From contig NC_058133.1 of assembly GCF_016433145.1 (NCBI RefSeq), positions 461,318,368 to 461,382,367 of the forward strand: a stretch of 64,000 nucleotides of DNA. The letters run 5' to 3'. Shown here one piece after another: positions 57,523 through 64,000 of the stretch. How positions within the stretch are numbered: position 1 is the stretch's first letter; each line of letters starts with the position of its first letter. Both the position numbers and the translations under genes were made by a program. The stretch is from Gracilinanus agilis (lineage: Eukaryota). The notes under the pieces are model-generated. The model had not been told where the DNA came from. It did no database searches and saw only the letters and a list, made by a program, of their open reading frames with translations.

Positions 57523-57740
57523 CCAGTAGCCTATAAATATGAAAGAATTTATTTCATTGTTTAGCTTTTAAATGATACTTTTCCTTTTGTTTACTTTCTT
57601 GCATTTCTCTTGTTTGGAATGTTTATTAGGCAAATGTTCTGCTCACCTATGAGGGTTCTTCTCCAAGGAATGCCTCAAATCTCTCTTTGATAATTTATAT
57701 TAAAAAAAAAAAACCTACCTAGGGTTAGAAAATAGAGGTT

Positions 57741-57915
57741 AGGGCAGCTGGGTAGCTCAGTGGAATGAGAGCCAGGCCTAGAGACGGGAGGTCCTAGGTT
57801 CAAATCTGTATCAGACACTTCCCAACTGTGTGATCCTGGGCAAGTCACTTGACCCCCATTGCCTACCCTTACCACTCTTCTGTCTTGGAGCCAATACACA
57901 GTATTGACTCCAAGA
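57741..57915 (+). mobile_element. SINE1_Mdo-like SINE (young), running into a gap
   Basis: GGGCAGCTGGGTAGCTCAGTGG...GACCCCCATTGCCTACCCTTACCACTCTTCTG. Confidence 0.85.
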
Positions 57916-60900
57916 NNNNNNNNNNNNNNNNNNNNNNNNNNNNNNNNNNNNNNNNNNNNNNNNNNNNNNNNNNNNNNNNNNNNNNNNNNNNNNNNNNNNN
58001 NNNNNNNNNNNNNNNNNNNNNNNNNNNNNNNNNNNNNNNNNNNNNNNNNNNNNNNNNNNNNNNNNNNNNNNNNNNNNNNNNNNNNNNNNNNNNNNNNNNN
58101 NNNNNNNNNNNNNNNNNNNNNNNNNNNNNNNNNNNNNNNNNNNNNNGTATCTGAGGTCAAATTTGAATCCAGGACTTCCCATCCCTAGACTTGGCTCTCT
58201 ATCCACTAAGCCACCTATCTGCCCCTCATCTATTGTTCATTTTGGTTTTTTTAAAATTGATGATTAGCCACAGCTTTTCAAGATGTTATTTGAGTTGCAA
58301 CCTGAATTACTTTGCTCTTTGGAATATCCTATTCCATATATCTGTTCCATTATTTTCTGTGATCCTCATACTTGGGAATAATCTTATGTTACTCAAATCA
58401 ATGTTTCTTCAAAACTGAAGGTCATTTTGATTGCTCACCATTTTTTTGTTGGGTATTGAAATTTGAAATTCTATTATTTCATGCCTTGGAAAGTTAAGGA
58501 TGTGTTTTTTTCTTTAATAACCATCTGTGGGGTTTTTATAAATTGGTACTTGTTTTTCTGTGTTTGAATGTTCTAAACTTTTTGGAATTTATTTCCTAAT
58601 TATTCAAGCTTTAAAATAAATCATGTTTTTCTGTGATATCTGTAATCTAAAAGTATAAATATAATTTAATGTACTTTGTCCACTAACATGAGACATAAAT
58701 TATGTATCCCTTAATTTAATGTTATTTCCTTTAATTTATTTAACTTTATTTTCTCTTTTGTCTTTATGAGTTTCCTTATTAGCTTATCTGCTTCTATCCA
58801 ACTCAGTCTTTCTCTCTTAGATTTTTCTTTCAGTTTTTTTCCTGTATTCCCAGTAGCTCGCCTCTGGTTTCTTTCACCACTCTTTTGTCCTTCCTCACTT
58901 CTATCATAATGGCATCCTTTCTCCCATACAGATCTCTGAGACTGGGTTTCCCCAATCTTCTTGAGTTGGGAGAAATTCTGGGCCAGCTGGTTCATTAACC
59001 AGCATAAATTCCATAGCAAAAGAGGAAGAGGACTGGATTCCAGATAAGTTTCCAGTCGTCTTTCCCTGAGGTAGAGAAGTCCCTTTTAGACACTCCCCCA
59101 ATATTTGTATTCCCTTTCCTTTGCAAGCTGGTCATGATCAATATTTTTCTTCCTTTATTAGAGTAGAGGGTGAAAAGGAATGGACAGATTTAGTAACTGC
59201 TCTGGGGAAACCAGGTAAGGATCCTGAATCACAAGTTCGGTAGGTGGTTTGTGCTGACACTGACTGATATATGGGATAGGTTGGGCATGGGGATTGTGTG
59301 ACTGGGAGCCTCAAATACTATATTTCTGTTTTCCTATGCTATTACCTGGGGCATTCATTTTATGAAGGTTTTTTTTTGGTTGTTATTCTTTGGACTTAAT
59401 AATTTCTTATTTGGAACCTATTTTTTTTCTTTTGATGTTTCAAGGTTGGAGAGATTTGCAAGAAACAACTCCTCTTATCATCTTGCCAGTCATGTGATCT
59501 TGATGGTTTTACCTCTTGAACAAATGAACAATCTTGCTTTTCTCGCTGCTTTCATTCTGGGTCACAATGACTCCAGATCATAAATCATTTCCTTTCTTTT
59601 ATATTAGGTTCCATAGTTCCACACTAAAAACAAAGGACCTCTTCAGGGGCTATTTTTCTTCAGGTTGTACTCAACCTGGGTCTCTATTTTCCATTTGTTA
59701 CTGAGTTGAGTTACATTTTCCTCATTTATCTCCTTTCTCACCAGCACTTTTGTAGTGTACATTCATTAGAACCAGAACCTCCCACTGAATTCGGTGGGTG
59801 TGGAGTTTCAGAGGACACTCCAATATGCTTTCCAGTTCTTCTTGAGAAGCTGAGCTGGGTTATGCAATTAGTCTGGGATGGCTTCAGGATAGTCTTGGAA
59901 GAAAAAGTGAAGCCTCCTGCCCCTCAAAGGAACAGGGGATTTTTGTATCACTATGTGACACAATGCTCACCTTCCCTAGGAAAATATCTGCTTGGGTTCC
60001 CCTTAGGTACATAAGCTCTACAATTACCTTGGCTAGATCACAGTGAAGCTTGGTGACATTGTGGATTGAGTTCTAGACCTGGAGTCAGGTAGACTTGATT
60101 TGGAATCCTGTCTGCAGTACTTACTGTGTAATCTTGGGCAAGTCAATTGGCCTCAGTTTCTTCATTTGAAAAATAGCAATAAAAATAGTACCTACATCAC
60201 GGGGTTGTTGCTCTTGAGCCTTTGATGGAGATATGATTCCCTTTCCTGATTCAGCATCTGATTCAGAAAAGGACCTCAGTTCCTCTAATTCCCACTGATT
60301 GCTCTGGCCATTCGTCCCTTAGGATCTTAGAAGGCTGCTGAGGGTACCATTGAATTAGAATTTGAATGTAGATTAGAGACCATTAAATCTTCCCTTCTCA
60401 TTTACAGTTACTCGTTACAGTTGAGGAAACTGAAACCAAAAGAGATTAAATTATTAGCGCAAGGTCGGACAGTTTGGTTGGTGGGGCGTTTTCACTTCTG
60501 GTTATTCTGACAGACTTTAGGACTGTTTATGGGCAACTGATAAATGTATTGAAAATGGAGTGTGTGTTTGCTGAGGGGGAAACTCTCATCTGGAATACCT
60601 TCTTGCATAATGTTTCCCTATCGCTACCCAGATAAGTTTGATCTTCTTGATTTAGTATTCAAATCCCTCTACAATCTGGCACCACCCTATTTTTCCAGCC
60701 TTGTCTCATACTCCTCTCCTCCATATACTTTGTGTTTTAACTGATCTGAACTACTTGATTCAATTCAACATGCATTTATCAAGAGCCTATGTGCTAGTGA
60801 CATTTAACCGATGGCTAGCTACCAACTCAAATGACTTCTCTAGCAGCACGTATTTTGTAATTCTTTAACATCTCCAAGATGGCCCCAGTAAACTCATCAT

Positions 60901-62568
60901 TGGGAAATTTCATTGTGGGAAGCCAGTAAGAGAATAGATAAAAATCTGAGACTCCTCTTTTGACCCCTTTTGTGATCCTTGTGATTTCTTCTTGAAAAGT
61001 ATTATGGCCTTACTGAAAAGCTTTTAAGTTCCTATCAAACCTGAATTTAAAGGGTTAACACTGTTAACACAGCAAGGAATGCTGCTGCCTGTTATAGCCA
61101 AGGCCAAGATACTCCCCAACTTGGCTTTCTGATAAGAAGCCAGTCAAAATTCAGCCTTGGCCTTTGTCTATTCTGAAGCCAATGTTTTGTGTTTTGATGT
61201 GACATAATTTGTAACTTCTGTGCATCTGCAAAGTTTCGGGGGTGTTCTTTTGTGTGAAATGTGTCTTGAGATATATATAATAAACTCCATGCTCCTGGAG
61301 CCAGAGCTGGAAGCATGAAGTAAAAGACATTTCCCTTGTCCTGTCCTTATTTCCTTATCAACTAAACTGTCCTTATCAGAGATGATAAAGAGATCTCCAC
61401 ATTTCATCATCTTACAACATTCAATCAGTCTTGTCACTCTTCCTCATGGGTACCCTTTCCCCTTCTGATTGAAGGGTAGAACCATAAAAAGCTCCATTTA
61501 AGGAAAGAGAATAGAACTATCATCTCTGACAACTTATTTCCCACCAGATGCACTCATTGTGAACTTCTTTAGTCTCTCCCCCAAACCGCCCTACCATATC
61601 TCTCCCTCCTACTTTCCAGCTTTCTTTTATTAGATTGTGATCCCTCAAGGGCAGAGACTATTTTTCTTTTCTTTTCTTTTTTCCATATTTATATCCCCAG
61701 CATTTAGTGCAATACCTGGCATATAGTAGGCGCTTGGGAAATGTTTGCTAATATTTACTATTGAAGGAGTAAGATCATGCTGGTGGCTATGTCTCTCCTC
61801 TTCTGATGAGTAGAAGCTCTAAGGAAAGTGCTAAGTTCTCTCTGCCTCTCTCTGTGGGTGCAATGTAGATGATGATAAGAGTGAAGGGAACAGAAAAGAA
61901 CAAGAGTTTATTAAGCATCTACAATATGCCAGACATTGTGCTTAATGCTTTACAAATATTGTCACTTTTGATCTTCACCATAACCCTGGGAGGTAGATGT
62001 TTTTATTATCCCCATTTTACAGTTGAGGAAAATAAAGTGGGCAGAAGTTTAGTGACTTGCCCAAAATCATGTAGCCAACAAGTGTCTGAAGTTAAATCTG
62101 AATTCAGATCTTTCTGACTCCAGACATAGTGCTCCATACACTGCATCAACTCTACAAAAGGTAGGTTTGAGCAAATTGTTGAGTTAGTCAACTGGTATTT
62201 AATTCCTTGCTATGTCCTAGGCACTAAGATAAATACTGGAGATAAATAGAAATGCAAAAATAGTATCTCCCCTCAAAGATCACATTCTAATTGGTGAAAT
62301 AGTTAAATAACTAGACGCATTACAAGACATCATTTGTCTGTTGTCCCTCAGACTTGAAGAGGACCCAAATGACATCATGATGTCAAGGTCGATGTAGAGA
62401 GTGTCTGACTGTTGCTGACCAGATTAATATGAATTCAGAAGACTAGAGCCACAGATTAGGCACAAATAGTTCAGATGAATATTTGGAATGGAGATGTTCT
62501 AAATTTGCTTATCTCATGCTTCTTTTGAGGTAGAAAGTAGATGAGGAATAATCTCAGAAGTTGCACTG

Positions 62569-62760
62569 GGGGGCAGCTAGGTGACTCAGTGGGTTGAGAA
62601 CCAGGCCCAGAACCAGAAAGTCCTGGGTTCAAATGTGACCTCAGATACTTCCTAGCTAGGTCACCCTGGGCAAGCCACTTAACTCCCCATTGCCTAGCCC
62701 TTACTGCTCTTCTGCCTTGGAATCAATACCAAGACAGAAGGTAAGGATTAAAAAAAAAAG
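62569..62760 (+). mobile_element. SINE1_Mdo-like SINE
   Basis: GGGGGCAGCTAGGTGACTCAGTGG...GACAGAAGGTAAGGATT plus A tail. Confidence 0.85.
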
Positions 62761-64000
62761 TTGTTCTGGCTTCTGGGAGGGCTCCACAGCTTCAAAGATT
62801 TCCCTTCCCACTAATATTCCAATTAAACTCCTAGAACTTGAAAGGACTTTTTATTGTTGTTCAGTTGTTTCAGTTGTGTCCTACTCTATGTGATTCCATT
62901 TTAGAGATTTTTTTTGGCAAAGATACTGGAGTAGTTTGCCATTTCCTTCTCCAGTTCCTTTTACAGATAAGGAACTGAGGCAAATAGAGTTGAATGCCCA
63001 AGACCTCACAGCTAGTAAGTATCTGAGGCTGGATTTGAATTTATGAAAGTGAATCTTCCTGATTCCAAGCCTAGTGCTCTATCACTCCTAGCTGCACCCA
63101 CAGGGACCTTAGAGACTAGATAATCCAACTTTCTAATTTGATAAATGAGGATATTGAGACTGGGAAAGTTTGTCACTTGTCCTAGATACATTGTTAATTG
63201 GAGCAAGAAAAAATGAGGGATCTCGTACCCCTCTCCTCATCTGACAGTTAAAGAAACTGAGGGTCTAAGAATAGAAATATATTTTCCAAGTTCACACAGA
63301 TGAGTTTGTGAAGGCTCTAGAACTAGAATTCAGACCTCCTGACCCCAAGTCCAGAGCTCTTAACCTCTATGCTAGGTTTAAACACAGTAGTGTGACTTGA
63401 ACCTGTATTTTTCCACTGCTGTGGCCATCTGGCTCTATTCCATGACGGAGGACAAATGTCCTTCCTCATCACTGCCATTGAAAGATTCCTCTGGAACAAA
63501 CAAAACACAAATTAGGTAGGAATCATCCATTCTTTCTTGGGGGCTCAGGCAATGGAGCTCAGGGGTTTGCAAAATAACTAATAATCTCCCATGTTGAACT
63601 AACAAGAATTCACTGGAGCTCTTCTTCCTTACTCTCTCTGATGAGGGGGGGAAGGAGAGAAGGGGAAACCTTTATGGGAATCCATTCAAGTCATGGTTCC
63701 TCTGAAATATATCTATGGATCACTTGAGGGGTTTGTTGATCCCAGATTAAAAACCTTGGTCTAGTCCAAACTTCTAATGTTCCAGCTCAGAGGACCCTAA
63801 CATCTAGAGTTAAAAAAGAATTTTAGAAGCCATTTAGTCCAACCTCCCACGTTTTATAGATAAGGAAACTGAGGCTCAGGAAAGTTAAAATACTTGTCTG
63901 AGATCACACCAGAAATAAGCAGCAGAGGTAGTAGCACTCTGGTCTCATAACACCAAACTCCTGCTCTTGCCCTTGGCTAGGAAGAGCCATGGTGTGGTTT

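Noticed and set aside
59490-59520. DLDGFTS resembling chitinase DLDDFTG, suggesting a third chitinase remnant
   Set aside because: Flanking residues do not match GAMVWAI or FC, a stop follows immediately, and no other chitinase exons were found in 50-64 kb.

Overview
Marsupial genomic DNA, most likely the opossum Monodelphis domestica. This is inferred from abundant SINE1_Mdo-like and MAR1-like SINEs and marsupial-type L1/RTE fragments; the window has seven N gaps. It holds two complete, tandem, plus-strand glycoside hydrolase family 18 genes reconstructed exon by exon with GT-AG junctions and consistent phases. (1) CHI3L2 (YKL-39 ortholog), 11 coding exons at 17512-32483, 390 aa, catalytic Glu replaced (DGLDIDWI), no chitin-binding domain. 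(2) A CHIA (acidic mammalian chitinase clade) paralog, 11 coding exons at 37014-49598, 469 aa, intact DGLDIDWE motif, Ser/Thr/Gly hinge and six-Cys CBM14 domain. The rest is mostly repeat-derived: L1, L2, MIR/MAR1, SINE1, a BovB-like RTE, solo LTRs, four hAT MITEs with 8-bp TSDs, a 7SL retrocopy, and micro/minisatellites. The main points of interest are a 'half-inactivated' CHI3L2 active site, a CHIA-clade enzyme with chitotriosidase-like residues at the acid-pH positions, a vestigial 5-nt coding last exon in CHI3L2, a candidate alternative first exon, and a TCTAGA minisatellite hit by two different hAT transposons. No new multi-gene system can be demonstrated from the sequence alone. Human residue numbers and repeat family names are from memory, not from a database search, and repeat boundaries are approximate unless a TSD is given.
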